Shown: positions 19,260-28,751 of the stretch, one piece after another | Position numbering within the stretch: position 1 is the first letter of the stretch | Layout: every line of letters starts with the position of its first letter | DNA from: Candidatus Kuenenia stuttgartensis | GTDB taxonomy: Bacteria > Planctomycetota > Planctomycetia > Pirellulales > UBA1268 | DNA length: 64,000 bases | Direction of reading: 5' to 3' | NCBI GenBank assembly: GCA_945891385.1 | Contig: CAMDDJ010000004.1 | Coordinates: 3,932 to 67,931, forward strand | The notes under the pieces: model-generated | Database searches by the model: none | Told to the model about the DNA's origin: nothing | What the model saw: the letters and a program-made list of their open reading frames with translations, nothing else | Position numbers and translations under genes: made by a program

Positions 19260-20921
19260 ATGCTTTCGCCAGCCCGCCGCGGCACGCTCAACGACTACCT
19301 GGCAGCCGACGAGATCGTGGCTGTCCCGCCGCTTTCCGAGGCCGATTGGAATGCGATTCGGCGGCAGGCGGGCTGGAAACTCACGCGGCGGTTCTGCACC
19401 CTTCGCAATCTGCTCGTTCATGGTCATCGCTTCACCCGCGACGCCTTCGCCTTCGCCTGGGGCGGCATCTACCGCACGCTGTTCGTCAGCGCGATCGTCA
19501 CCACGTCGTACCGCAACGAGGGCCATGTCCGCTCCGGTGACCGGATCACGGGCACCGGGGATTTTTTCGTTGGCACCTTCGCGCTGCCGCGGTCGGGGGC
19601 CGACGTGCGGGAGATCGTGCGGTTGGTCAATCTCCGACATCACGTAGCAGGCGTGGTCACCGCCGAGGCCGACGACCGGGTGCGGGTGATCGACGCCTAC
19701 GAGGCTGAGTTTGCCTACGTCGCCACGGCTTTCGTCGAGTCGATCCGCCGGGGTCTGGACGTATGCGGGGTGCCGCCCGGCAGCTCCACGGGCCGCGAAT
19801 TGGCCTGGCCGATGTGCGTGGTCCTCTATCAGGTGGCTGGCCTGGCCGGGCTCACCCGCATGCCGCGCGACCTCGTCGCCCATGAACGATTTCGCGATGC
19901 CTTCGATCGGCACCTCCGCGAACACCCGCCCTCACTCCGGGTACGACGGATGGCCCAGGAGATCGCCCGGCGGATCGCCCCGGTGACCGCGTCGAACGCC
20001 GAGGAGCCGGTGGCCAGGCATCTCGCGCGGCACCTCGATCACGAGACACGGGAGTATTTGTTCCCAGGCGGCACGATTCCGGCTGATCTCGAGGTGAAGC
20101 GGATCGAGTGGACACGGCGGCGGGCTCGAGAACGTGGGATCGCCGGGATCGAGCGGCGGTCGCGGGACCGGCGGGCGATCTGGCAACGGCCCGACGTCGT
20201 CGCCCTCGACCAGGCCTACCGCGAAGCGGTTCTGGTCAACGGATCCGCCGAATTGGACGACCGGCTCATCGGCGCGATCCTGTTGCATGCGATCGATGCA
20301 GGCGGCGCGGCACGGTCGCTCGAGCGGAGGTCGATCGACCTCGCCGCGGGTGATGTGCTGATCCGCCAGGGCGATCGCCTGGGTGAGATGTACGTGGTGC
20401 TCTCGGCCACCGCGCCGCTCGTGGTGCTCCAGACCACGGAGGCAGCGCCGGAGCCGCGACAGGTTGCGACGCTTGCCGCGCCGACGGTGCTCGGCGAGAT
20501 CGGGATGTGGCGGGGGCAGCCGGCCGTGGCCACGGTGCTTTCCCGCGAACCGAACCGGTTGGAGGTGATCGTGATCGACCAGGCACGGTTCGAGGCCCTC
20601 AAGCGGGAGCCGGGCTTCCGGGCGGCGACGGCAGCGGAGGTGCAGCGGCGGCTGGCGGTCAATTCAGCGCTCGTGGGCACCCTGCTGGAGGACACGGCGG
20701 CCCAGACGGGCGATCCGCGGCTGGCGTCGATCGCCCAGCTATTTCGCTTCCTCACCGGAGACTCCCACGTGTCGCTCGATGCCGTGATCGATCTCCCTGC
20801 GGAGGCCACTCCTGCCGAGTGCGTCGAGGCACTCCGCCGACAGGTGGACGATGCGATCACGAGCGGCCTGCCCGCCGACCTCGAGCGGTACCTGGGCCAC
20901 ATCGTGACGACGATCGGATGA
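19260..20921 (+). CDS. paralog B: MpaB/DUF2236-like N-domain (tentative) + cNMP-binding-like domain + conserved C-terminal domain
   Basis: 553 aa. Residues about 330-445 (GDVLIRQGDRLGEMYVVLS ... LGEIGMWRGQPAVATVLS ... VIVIDQARFEALK) follow the CAP/cNMP-binding fold pattern. The N-terminal ..IVRLVNLRHHVAGV.. resembles the DUF2236 vr.mH..V.G region (low certainty). Confidence 0.75.
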   Translation: MLSPARRGTLNDYLAADEIVAVPPLSEADWNAIRRQAGWKLTRRFCTLRNLLVHGHRFTRDAFAFAWGGIYRTLFVSAIVTTSYRNEGHVRSGDRITGTGDFFVGTFALPRSGADVREIVRLVNLRHHVAGVVTAEADDRVRVIDAYEAEFAYVATAFVESIRRGLDVCGVPPGSSTGRELAWPMCVVLYQVAGLAGLTRMPRDLVAHERFRDAFDRHLREHPPSLRVRRMAQEIARRIAPVTASNAEEPVARHLARHLDHETREYLFPGGTIPADLEVKRIEWTRRRARERGIAGIERRSRDRRAIWQRPDVVALDQAYREAVLVNGSAELDDRLIGAILLHAIDAGGAARSLERRSIDLAAGDVLIRQGDRLGEMYVVLSATAPLVVLQTTEAAPEPRQVATLAAPTVLGEIGMWRGQPAVATVLSREPNRLEVIVIDQARFEALKREPGFRAATAAEVQRRLAVNSALVGTLLEDTAAQTGDPRLASIAQLFRFLTGDSHVSLDAVIDLPAEATPAECVEALRRQVDDAITSGLPADLERYLGHIVTTIG

Positions 20922-21051
20922 GTCGGCCGACACCCGTCGTCGTTCGGTCGAGCCCGAGCGGCCCCGCTTCCGCAGTGGGCCCCAGAGCCGCGGAGGCGTG
21001 TCGCTATCTTTCGGAAACCACGATCCGCGTCACCACGGAGCCCGCTGCACG

Positions 21052-22479
21052 ATGCCAAGTCCCCTGATCGATGCCTGTCTGACCTCGCTCCGGGTGCCGC
21101 CGGGCGGACTCCCCGGCATGATCGCACCGACGACGTTCGACCGCTTCGAGCTGCTCCAGACGCCCGGCCTTTGGGGGCACGATCCCGCCGACAACTCCTA
21201 CTGGCAGGCCCACGGGGGAAGCCCGGCGCCGCTTCCGGCTGCGAGCCGCCGGCTGCTCGAGGCGATCGAAGGCGTCGTGGCGAGCGCCGAATCGCTGCTC
21301 GATATCGCATCGCTCGAGTCGTTTGCGACCGGCGGATTCGTCGCGGCGATCCAGCGGGGCCTGGCCAGGGCGGCCCGGCAGGGCCGGCGGCCGACGGTCC
21401 GCATTCTGTACGGCCGTCATGGTTTCGTCCGCGAGGGTTTTGTGTATGAGCAGGAGGCCGACTTCGACGCCTTCGTGGCCGGTCTTGCTGCGGAGCTGCC
21501 GGCCGACTCGGGCATCGCCCTCCATGCCTGCCTCATGAAATCGTCGAGCGGCGCGACGACGCTCTCCTGGAATCACGCCAAGATCATCGCCGCCGACGGC
21601 CGGCGGGCGATCGTCGGGGGCCACAACCTCTGGCACGACGACTATCTGACGTTTGCCCCGGTTCACGATGTTTCGGCGTTCGTGGAGGGCCAGGCCGCCG
21701 CTGAGGCCCACCGGTTTCTCGACCTGCTCTGGCGCTGGGTCGGTGAGCAGGTCACCAGTCCGAGCGACGATGCGAAAGTCTACGCGATCCGGTGGTGCGA
21801 CGGCCGCACGGAGTCTGCTCCACCCCCGCCGTCCATCGCGCCGCAGCTGATGCCGTCAGGCGACACTCCGGCGCTCGCCCTCGGGCGGCTGGGGATCGGC
21901 GTGCATCCCGATCCGCGGATCGCCAACGCCGCCGGAGCGGTGGCGGCGATCGCGCTTCGTCAGGCCCGGCAGTCGATCCGGATCAGCCAGATGGATTTCG
22001 GGCTCTTTTGGCAAGGAACGAATTACTGGTCGGCCGACGTGGTCACGGCCCTCGCCGACGTGCTCACCGATCCGGCGCGAGCAGTGGAGGTGTCGCTCGT
22101 GCTCAGCGAATACGGGGCAAAGACCATGACGGGGGGGCCATATTCGTTCGGTACGAAGCCGTCCGACGTGGTGGCCGAGATCCGCCGGGCGATCGACGGC
22201 AGGCCGGTCACGGGCCGGATGCGGCTTGCCCCGCTCCGCATCTCCCCACAGGGCGAAGGCTGGGGCCACCATGGTCGAGAGCTCGCCTTCGCAAACCACG
22301 CCAAGGTGTGGATCGTCGACGACCGGGCCTTCCACGTCGGCTCCGACAACATCTATCCTCACACGCTGCAGGAGTTCGGTTATTTGGTGGAGTCGGAGCC
22401 GCTCACCCGCGACCTCGTGAGGGACTACTGGACGCCGCTTTGGGAGCACTCGGCTCGGGCGGGCTGCGATGTCGCGTGA
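21052..22479 (+). CDS. phospholipase D superfamily protein with two HKD motifs
   Basis: Start at MPSPLIDA. The two HKD motifs are WNHAKIIAADGRRAIVGGHNLW and ANHAKVWIVDDRAFHVGSDNIY (HxK....D......G..N). Confidence 0.85.
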   Translation: MPSPLIDACLTSLRVPPGGLPGMIAPTTFDRFELLQTPGLWGHDPADNSYWQAHGGSPAPLPAASRRLLEAIEGVVASAESLLDIASLESFATGGFVAAIQRGLARAARQGRRPTVRILYGRHGFVREGFVYEQEADFDAFVAGLAAELPADSGIALHACLMKSSSGATTLSWNHAKIIAADGRRAIVGGHNLWHDDYLTFAPVHDVSAFVEGQAAAEAHRFLDLLWRWVGEQVTSPSDDAKVYAIRWCDGRTESAPPPPSIAPQLMPSGDTPALALGRLGIGVHPDPRIANAAGAVAAIALRQARQSIRISQMDFGLFWQGTNYWSADVVTALADVLTDPARAVEVSLVLSEYGAKTMTGGPYSFGTKPSDVVAEIRRAIDGRPVTGRMRLAPLRISPQGEGWGHHGRELAFANHAKVWIVDDRAFHVGSDNIYPHTLQEFGYLVESEPLTRDLVRDYWTPLWEHSARAGCDVA

Positions 22480-22504
22480 CCGCTGGGGCCTGGTTTCGGA
22501 CAGG

Positions 22505-23368
22505 TCAGCGGATGCCATACCGGCGGCGAATCAGCCAGAGAAACCACGACTCCGGGAGGAGTCTGCGGAGCCGCACGAGCAGGGGGGCCGGTGAGGCGAC
22601 GGGATACCGTAGCCGCCAACTGCGGTCGGCGACGGCGCGGAGGATGGTGGCGGCGACCACGGCTGGCTCGGCCCCCTGGCCACCGGCCGCCAGGGAGATC
22701 GCCTCGCAGCGGGCCACGAAGGCGTCGTAGCTGCCGTCAGCGGGCGGCACGACAGGCTGCCGGCTGCGGCCGTAGAAGTCCGTGCGAATCGCGCCGGGCT
22801 CGATGATCCGCATTCGGATTCCGAAGGGACGCAATTCGAGCGCCAGCGACTCGCTGAAGCCCTCCACGGCCCACTTCGTCGCGTGGTAGATGCTGTAGAG
22901 AGGGAAGCAGGCCCGGCCCCCGATCGACGAGAGTTGCACGATCGTGCCGCTCCCTTGCCGCCGCATGACCGGAATCACCTCCCGCGTGACCCGCACGAGT
23001 CCGAGCACATTGGTCTCGAACTGCCGGCGGACGACCTCGTCGTCCATCGCCTCGAAGACGCCGTCCACGGCGAAGCCCGCATTGTTGACCACCGCGTCGA
23101 TCCGGCCGAATTCAGCGACCACCCGGCCCACCGCCTCCGTCACGCTCGCCGGTTCGGTCACGTCGAGCGGGAGGACGGTGAGGTCGGCGATGGTCGTCAG
23201 TTCACCGACGTCGGCGGGCCGCCGCATCGTGGCCGCCACTCGCCAGCCCCGCGCGGCGAAGGCATGGGCGGTCGCCAGGCCGATCCCCGACGATGCGCCT
23301 GTGATCAGAATCGTCGGGCGTGGGGCACCGGTGGTGCGGGAGTCGTTGGTCAGGCACGTCCCCCGCAC
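22505..23368 (-). CDS. short-chain dehydrogenase/reductase (SDR)
   Basis: Motifs: ILITGASSGIGLA (TGxxxGxG), NNAG, YHATKWAVEG (YxxxK). No ATG lies upstream of the Rossmann motif, so I propose the in-frame GTG at 23368. The upstream part of ORF 22505..23716 is probably non-coding. Confidence 0.8.
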   Translation of the reverse strand: MRGTCLTNDSRTTGAPRPTILITGASSGIGLATAHAFAARGWRVAATMRRPADVGELTTIADLTVLPLDVTEPASVTEAVGRVVAEFGRIDAVVNNAGFAVDGVFEAMDDEVVRRQFETNVLGLVRVTREVIPVMRRQGSGTIVQLSSIGGRACFPLYSIYHATKWAVEGFSESLALELRPFGIRMRIIEPGAIRTDFYGRSRQPVVPPADGSYDAFVARCEAISLAAGGQGAEPAVVAATILRAVADRSWRLRYPVASPAPLLVRLRRLLPESWFLWLIRRRYGIR

Positions 23369-23666
23369 GTTCGGGGCTCGTTGGTGATGCGCAGGTGAAC
23401 GGTGGCAACCGCTCTTCGAGTATACCGCAAGGCCATCGGCCACGTCGTACTTCCAAGCCCGATCAAACAGTGGTCGCCGTGGCCAGGGCGGAGCACAGAT
23501 ACTCGTCGTCGGTGCCGTGACCTGCCCGCGACGCTCCTTCGTACGCACGGTATTCGATGGGCGGCTCGCGCGGCTCGTACATTGATGGCCCCGGAGCCTC
23601 CGTGAGCCGCGATCAGCCCCCCTGCCGCCCGTACCCTCCGCGACCTGCCTTTCTCTACTGGGCGGC

Positions 23667-24932
23667 TTACCCGCTGCGTTCCGCCAGCGATCGCTCCTGC
23701 GAGTCATACGCCGCACAGGCCGAACGCACGCCGCGGTCGTCGAGCCCGAACTGCTCGAGCGAGTAGCGGTGGCGACCGCGACGCCCCTGCGGATTCTCTG
23801 CCAGCCAGCAGGTCATGGCCTCGCCGCCAGCGCGGGTCCACTCGATCCCGGCCCGCTCGTACACCTTCCGGATCACGGCCAGCGGGTCGGTGAGGAGTTG
23901 CTGGTAGTGGACGCGGACGAGACGATCCTCGAGCCCCGCCGCGAGCCTCTCCGATGTGCCGGCGAAGCGTGAGAGCATGCGGAGGGTGTCGGCGCCGTCG
24001 CCCGTCGGGTCCGACGTCTCGGAACTGATCGCCCGCACGGTAGACAACAAGCTGCAGAATGAACCAACCACTTCGCCGACGTCCCGGTAGGTCTGCACGA
24101 AGATCGCGTTGGGAATCAGCCGGGCGAGCGTGCCGATCCGTGCCGCGTGAAACGGATACTTGAGCACCCAATGACGCTCCGTCTGGCCACCGTCGAGCAC
24201 GCGGAGCATGCCCAGGTATTCGCGGTAGATGCCGTCCCAGTCGAACTCGGTGAGCCTGTCGAGCCAAGCCTCGTAACCCGGCACTCGCCAGCGGACTGCG
24301 AAGATGAAGTCGGCGCATGTGTTCATCAGCAGCCAGTAACACTCTTCGGCACCGAGCGGGTCCATGTCGTGGATGCCAGCGAGTCCGGGCGCGACCTGCT
24401 TCGTCTGCGCGATGGTACGGACGGCGGCGGTCTGCCGAGCCTCCGGGGTCCGGCGAGCCGGGTCGCGGCTGGGAGTCATCACGGGGAATGCCGCCTCCCA
24501 GAGCGGGAGCGGCCGCGCCGTGGGATCAGCGGCCAGCAGTTTGTGCAGCACCGTCGTGCCGGTGCGGGGAAGCCCGACGATGACGATCGGCGGGCGCTCC
24601 GGATGGAGCAGGTCGGCGGCCGACGGCTCCGCGCCACCCCAGATCTCCTCCAAACACAACCGGTTGACGAGCATCCGCACGATCGTCGTGGCCGCGGCCA
24701 CCCGGCCCAGGGCGTTGAGCCGCGCTTCGCCGCGAATGCATTCGACGAGCCGGTCGAGTCGCGGACGGTGGGCCGATCCCACGAAGGACGCCCGGCCCGT
24801 GATCTCCAGGGCCTGCCGCTCCATTCCGGCCACATCGAGGCGATGCCGCCACGAGCACCGTTCCGCCAGCCAGAACACCCCCTGGAGGCAGCGATACCGC
24901 GGCGGCCGTCGGATCGGCGATCGATGCACCAT
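23667..24932 (-). CDS. Sulfotransfer_3-type sulfotransferase (intact)
   Basis: 421 aa. IVIVGLPRTGTTVLHKLLA is a 5'-PSB-like loop. RHWVLKYPFH is also present. It aligns end to end with the frameshifted copy at 9618..10923. Confidence 0.8.
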   Translation of the reverse strand: MVHRSPIRRPPRYRCLQGVFWLAERCSWRHRLDVAGMERQALEITGRASFVGSAHRPRLDRLVECIRGEARLNALGRVAAATTIVRMLVNRLCLEEIWGGAEPSAADLLHPERPPIVIVGLPRTGTTVLHKLLAADPTARPLPLWEAAFPVMTPSRDPARRTPEARQTAAVRTIAQTKQVAPGLAGIHDMDPLGAEECYWLLMNTCADFIFAVRWRVPGYEAWLDRLTEFDWDGIYREYLGMLRVLDGGQTERHWVLKYPFHAARIGTLARLIPNAIFVQTYRDVGEVVGSFCSLLSTVRAISSETSDPTGDGADTLRMLSRFAGTSERLAAGLEDRLVRVHYQQLLTDPLAVIRKVYERAGIEWTRAGGEAMTCWLAENPQGRRGRHRYSLEQFGLDDRGVRSACAAYDSQERSLAERSG

Positions 24933-25006
24933 GCTGCCGTCATTCGGTCGGTTATGGGAATCGCGATATCCTACCGAACGCCTGTCGCGTCTCCCCGAGT
25001 TTCCTC

Positions 25007-25855
25007 ATGCCTTCTCTTGCCTCGTTTCCGCGGGTCATGCTCCCTTCTGGCCAGCGGGCCTGGTGCTTGAACGCCTCTGAGGCCCGCTTTGTCGCCCAGG
25101 AAATGCCCGGCTACTTCCGGCACGGCATCACGCTCGAGCCAGGTCCGGACGGCTCACCCCCGGTCGTCTTGGATGTCGGCGCGAACGTGGGGCTGTTCAT
25201 GCTGTACGTCCAGCATCTGACTGCAGGCCACGTCCGCCTCTACGCCTTCGAGCCGATCCCACAGACCTTTGCGGTGCTCGCTCTCAATGCCGCGGACTGC
25301 GGCCCGGGCGTCACGGCACTCAACCATGCCTTGGGCCGGGAGGAGGGGGAGGTCGGCTTCACGCACTTCCCGGCGGTCAGCGCATGGTCTTCCGCCCACC
25401 GACCCGAGAGCACCGCCGCCGCCGAGCGGGTTCGCATGACGAGGGGCGTGACGGCAGCGGTGGACCGGGGCTCCGTGATGCCCTGGCTCCGCGTCATTCC
25501 CAAGCCACTTCGTGACTGGATGGTGGGTCGGGGAGTTCGTCGGATGTCGAAGCGTGAGTACGTGACCTGCCGGGTCCGTACACTCTCGCAGGTGATCCAC
25601 GAGCAGGGGATCGGGCAGATCGACCTGCTCAAAGTGGATGTGGAGGGAGCCGAAAGAGACGTGTTCGCGGGACTCTCCGCCGCCCACTGGCCACTCATCC
25701 GGCAGATCGCGGTCGAGGTCGAGCAGTTCGACACCCGCGGCCCCGAGATGGTGAGCCTGTTTCGCAGCCATGGCTTCAACGACTTGCACGAAGACCGCGA
25801 CGAGATCGACCACTCCGTGAACACCGGCATGCTCGTGGCCCGGCGGGTGACGTAG
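25007..25855 (+). CDS. FkbM family SAM-dependent methyltransferase
   Basis: 282 aa. Motifs: VVLDVGANVGLF ... YAFEPIPQTF ... IDLLKVDVEGAE, the typical FkbM pattern. Confidence 0.8.
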   Translation: MPSLASFPRVMLPSGQRAWCLNASEARFVAQEMPGYFRHGITLEPGPDGSPPVVLDVGANVGLFMLYVQHLTAGHVRLYAFEPIPQTFAVLALNAADCGPGVTALNHALGREEGEVGFTHFPAVSAWSSAHRPESTAAAERVRMTRGVTAAVDRGSVMPWLRVIPKPLRDWMVGRGVRRMSKREYVTCRVRTLSQVIHEQGIGQIDLLKVDVEGAERDVFAGLSAAHWPLIRQIAVEVEQFDTRGPEMVSLFRSHGFNDLHEDRDEIDHSVNTGMLVARRVT

Positions 25856-25876
25856 CTGGGAGGCGACTGGCCGGGT

Positions 25877-27157
25877 TCAGGCACCGTGGGCGAGGACCGG
25901 CCGGCCGGTGTGAAACGCCCCCTCGACGATGTCAGCCGCGCGGCGCACCCCGTCGAGGCCCACGATTTCAGTGGCCCGCAGGCGGGCTCGGTCGCGATAG
26001 CCTGGGTCGGTCATGACGCGGGTGATCGCCTGCCGCAGTCGGGGGACCGTGAGCCGGGCGAGCGGCACCATCTCGGCGACTCCGAGCCACTCGAGCCTGC
26101 GGGCCACCCCCGGCTGATCATTGGTGACTGGAATTGCCACCATCGGCAGGCCACGAGCGAGCGATTCGAGCGCCGTGTTGAGGCCGGCGTGCGTGATCAC
26201 GACCGCCGCCTTCTCGAGCAGTGCGAGCTGTGGCGCTACGGGCACGATGATCGGTTTCCCTGGGCAGCGGGCTGCCACGGCGGCGGGGTCTTGATCGGCT
26301 GATCCGAGCGAGAGTACGAGCTGCGCGGCGAGGGGCTCCACTGCGGCCGCGATCGCGGCGAAGCGCTCCACCAGCCGGTTCTGCAGCGTGCCGAGCGAGG
26401 CATAGATGAGCGGCCGGCCGTCGAGGCGGTCCCAGGGAAACGGAACTTCGGACGTCGTCGTCGACTCGTGCCACGGTCCCGTGAAGTGCAGCCGGGGCTC
26501 GGGTGTCGCCCGCGGAAAGTCGAAGAACCCGGGCTGCTGGGCGATCTCCGCGAGGTAGGCGGGCTCGCTCTTGCCCAGTCGCGGTGTGAGCCCGTGCTGC
26601 ACGCGGTAGTCGTTGATCTCCTGCCTGACCGGTTCGGTCACTCGATACAGAAACCAGTTGCCGAACCGGTTGCGAAGCCGCCCGAGCAGTCCCGGTCGAT
26701 ACCGCCACGGGAGTACCGCCGGCGGGCAATTGGCGTCGCGGTTGAGCGCCAGGGCGTTGCAGACCTGCACGTAGGGCATGCCTTCGAGCTCGGCGATCGT
26801 GCCCGCAGCCGGATTCACCTGATCGACGAGCAGCGCGTCGATCCGTTCGGCCCGGATCACCGTCGGCAGGTCGCGAAGGGTCACCGCGGCGGAGAGCCGC
26901 ATCATCTCGACGGTGTACCGTAGTCCCTCGAGGGCCGACATTCCGCCGAGGGTCACCGTCTGCTCGGTCATCGAGCCCGTGGGAAACTCGGATGCCCCGA
27001 TGGCGGCGAAGCCGAGGCCCGCGGCGACCGCCTTGGCCTGGCCATCGGGCAGAGCCACGACCGTGACGCGATGGCCTCGGCGGGCGAGCTCGCGGCCGAG
27101 CGTCGTCATGGGATTCAGATGCCCCGAGAAAGTCGGGCAATTCATGCCGATGTGCAT
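25877..27157 (-). CDS. GT1 family glycosyltransferase (MGT/UDP-glycosyltransferase type)
   Basis: Start at MHIGMNCPTFSGHLNPMTTLGRELARRGH (the G-H-x-x-P donor-fold start). The C-terminus has ITHAGLNTALESLARGLPMVAIPVTNDQPGVA (the UGT signature ..THgG..t..E....G.P....P...DQ). Confidence 0.85.
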   Translation of the reverse strand: MHIGMNCPTFSGHLNPMTTLGRELARRGHRVTVVALPDGQAKAVAAGLGFAAIGASEFPTGSMTEQTVTLGGMSALEGLRYTVEMMRLSAAVTLRDLPTVIRAERIDALLVDQVNPAAGTIAELEGMPYVQVCNALALNRDANCPPAVLPWRYRPGLLGRLRNRFGNWFLYRVTEPVRQEINDYRVQHGLTPRLGKSEPAYLAEIAQQPGFFDFPRATPEPRLHFTGPWHESTTTSEVPFPWDRLDGRPLIYASLGTLQNRLVERFAAIAAAVEPLAAQLVLSLGSADQDPAAVAARCPGKPIIVPVAPQLALLEKAAVVITHAGLNTALESLARGLPMVAIPVTNDQPGVARRLEWLGVAEMVPLARLTVPRLRQAITRVMTDPGYRDRARLRATEIVGLDGVRRAADIVEGAFHTGRPVLAHGA

Positions 27158-27281
27158 ACGGGCTGTGGCAGCTGCAGAGCCGAGGGGAAAGACTTCACGA
27201 GGCCTACCAGTCAAGCGAACGGTGCGCGCGGTACAGTGTGACACAGAACAAGTGCCGACGTTACCAAACGAGGATGCCCCG

Positions 27282-27713
27282 ATGACGGTACAGGAATTTT
27301 GTCGTGCGATCGACGCGTATCCCGATGGAAAGATGCACTGGATGCTACCGGACAAGTCCTTCGTCCCGTCGCATTACCACATCACCGAAGTTGGGAAGGT
27401 TCAAAAGGACTTCATCGACTGCGGCGGCACGATCCGGTCTACGAGGTCCTGTGTCCTGCAGATATGGGTGGCGAACGACATCGACCACCGGCTGGAGACC
27501 ACAAAACTCGCGACGATCATGCGAGCCGCTGGACCGCTGCTGCACTCCGAGGACCTGCCGATGGAGGTCGAGTACGAGCATGGTGTGATTTCCCAGTACC
27601 CGATTGGTGGCATGGAGGTGACCCCGTCTGGCCTGCTCTTCTACCTCGGCACCAAGCACACGGCCTGTCTGGCGCCCGAGAAGTGTGGGGTCGATGGCAC
27701 GGGTTGCTGCTGA
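27282..27713 (+). CDS. DUF6428 family protein
   Basis: Start at MTVQEFCRAID. Motifs: VPSHYHITEVG, FIDCGGTIRS, VEYEHG, HTACLAPEKCG. These match my recollection of DUF6428 proteins, which are often seen near ars genes. It has a Cys-rich C-terminus, GTGCC*. Confidence 0.7.
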   Translation: MTVQEFCRAIDAYPDGKMHWMLPDKSFVPSHYHITEVGKVQKDFIDCGGTIRSTRSCVLQIWVANDIDHRLETTKLATIMRAAGPLLHSEDLPMEVEYEHGVISQYPIGGMEVTPSGLLFYLGTKHTACLAPEKCGVDGTGCC

Positions 27714-27887
27714 GGTCGCTCCCGAGTTGTCGTGGAGCGACCACCGACCCTGGAGCGGCCGCGTGGCAGTTCGGGCGGGGGCGTTTCCTCGGCCTGCTCG
27801 TTGCTCGACATGGCACGCGCTAGCCGTCAGACCTCGAGACGACTCACCACGATTCGTCGATGACACTCCACCGCGAGAGCCCCGCAC

Positions 27888-28661
27888 GTGTCGTACCTGC
27901 TCATCTCTCTGGCTGCCACCACGGCTTCAGCGCTGACATTCTTTTCGGGCTTCGGGCTCGGAACGCTCCTGCTTCCCGTGTTCGCCCTGTTCGTGCCGAT
28001 CGACCAGGCCGTTGCGTACACGGCGATCGTGCACTGTATCAACGGTGTCTTCAAGCTGTTGCTGGTGGGGCGCCATGCCGATCGCAAGACCGTGCTGAGG
28101 TTTGGCCTGCCTGCGATCCTGGCGGCGGTGCTTGGTGCCGGAGTGCTCCAGGGGCTCAGTCACCTACCCCCGATCGTGAGGTATGAGTTCATCGGGCGGA
28201 CGCTCGAAATCATGCCGATCAAGCTTGTGATCGGGACGCTGCTCTTCGTGTTCGCCATGTTGGACGTGACACCCTGGTTTCAAAGGCTTCAGCTTCCACC
28301 GGCACTCATGCCTGTGGGAGGCCTCGTGAGCGGCTTCCTCGGGGGGCTGTCGGGCATGCAGGGTGCCCTGCGGTCGGTCTTTCTCCTTCGTGCAGGGCTG
28401 TCGAAGGAGTCATTCATCGCGACGGGGGTCGCGATCTCCTGCCTCGTCGATCTGTCACGGCTGAGCGTGTACGTGCCAGCGTTGCTTCGGGAGGGCGGCA
28501 TCACCGACATCCCGCTGCTTGCGGTTGCGGTCGTGGCCGCCTGCGGTGGGGCCTTGATCGGAGCGAGCGTTTTGCAGAAGGCCACATTCGCTGCCGTGCA
28601 ACGAATCGTGGCCGCGATGCTCGTGGCGGTCGCCATCGGGCTGGTCGCGGGTGCGCTGTGA
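27888..28661 (+). CDS. TauE/SafE (DUF81) family sulfite/organosulfonate-type anion exporter
   Basis: 257-aa polytopic ORF. The N-terminus FFSGFGLGTLLLPVF and an internal duplication with GGLSGMQGALRS are typical of TauE/SafE. Confidence 0.8.
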   Translation: MSYLLISLAATTASALTFFSGFGLGTLLLPVFALFVPIDQAVAYTAIVHCINGVFKLLLVGRHADRKTVLRFGLPAILAAVLGAGVLQGLSHLPPIVRYEFIGRTLEIMPIKLVIGTLLFVFAMLDVTPWFQRLQLPPALMPVGGLVSGFLGGLSGMQGALRSVFLLRAGLSKESFIATGVAISCLVDLSRLSVYVPALLREGGITDIPLLAVAVVAACGGALIGASVLQKATFAAVQRIVAAMLVAVAIGLVAGAL

Positions 28662-28751
28662 CGGGGGCAAGAAGGGCTGAACTGGTCGATCACGGGAATG
28701 AAATCTTCACCGTCAAGGACGATCCGCCATTCCTTCCCGTGGTATTCGCAA

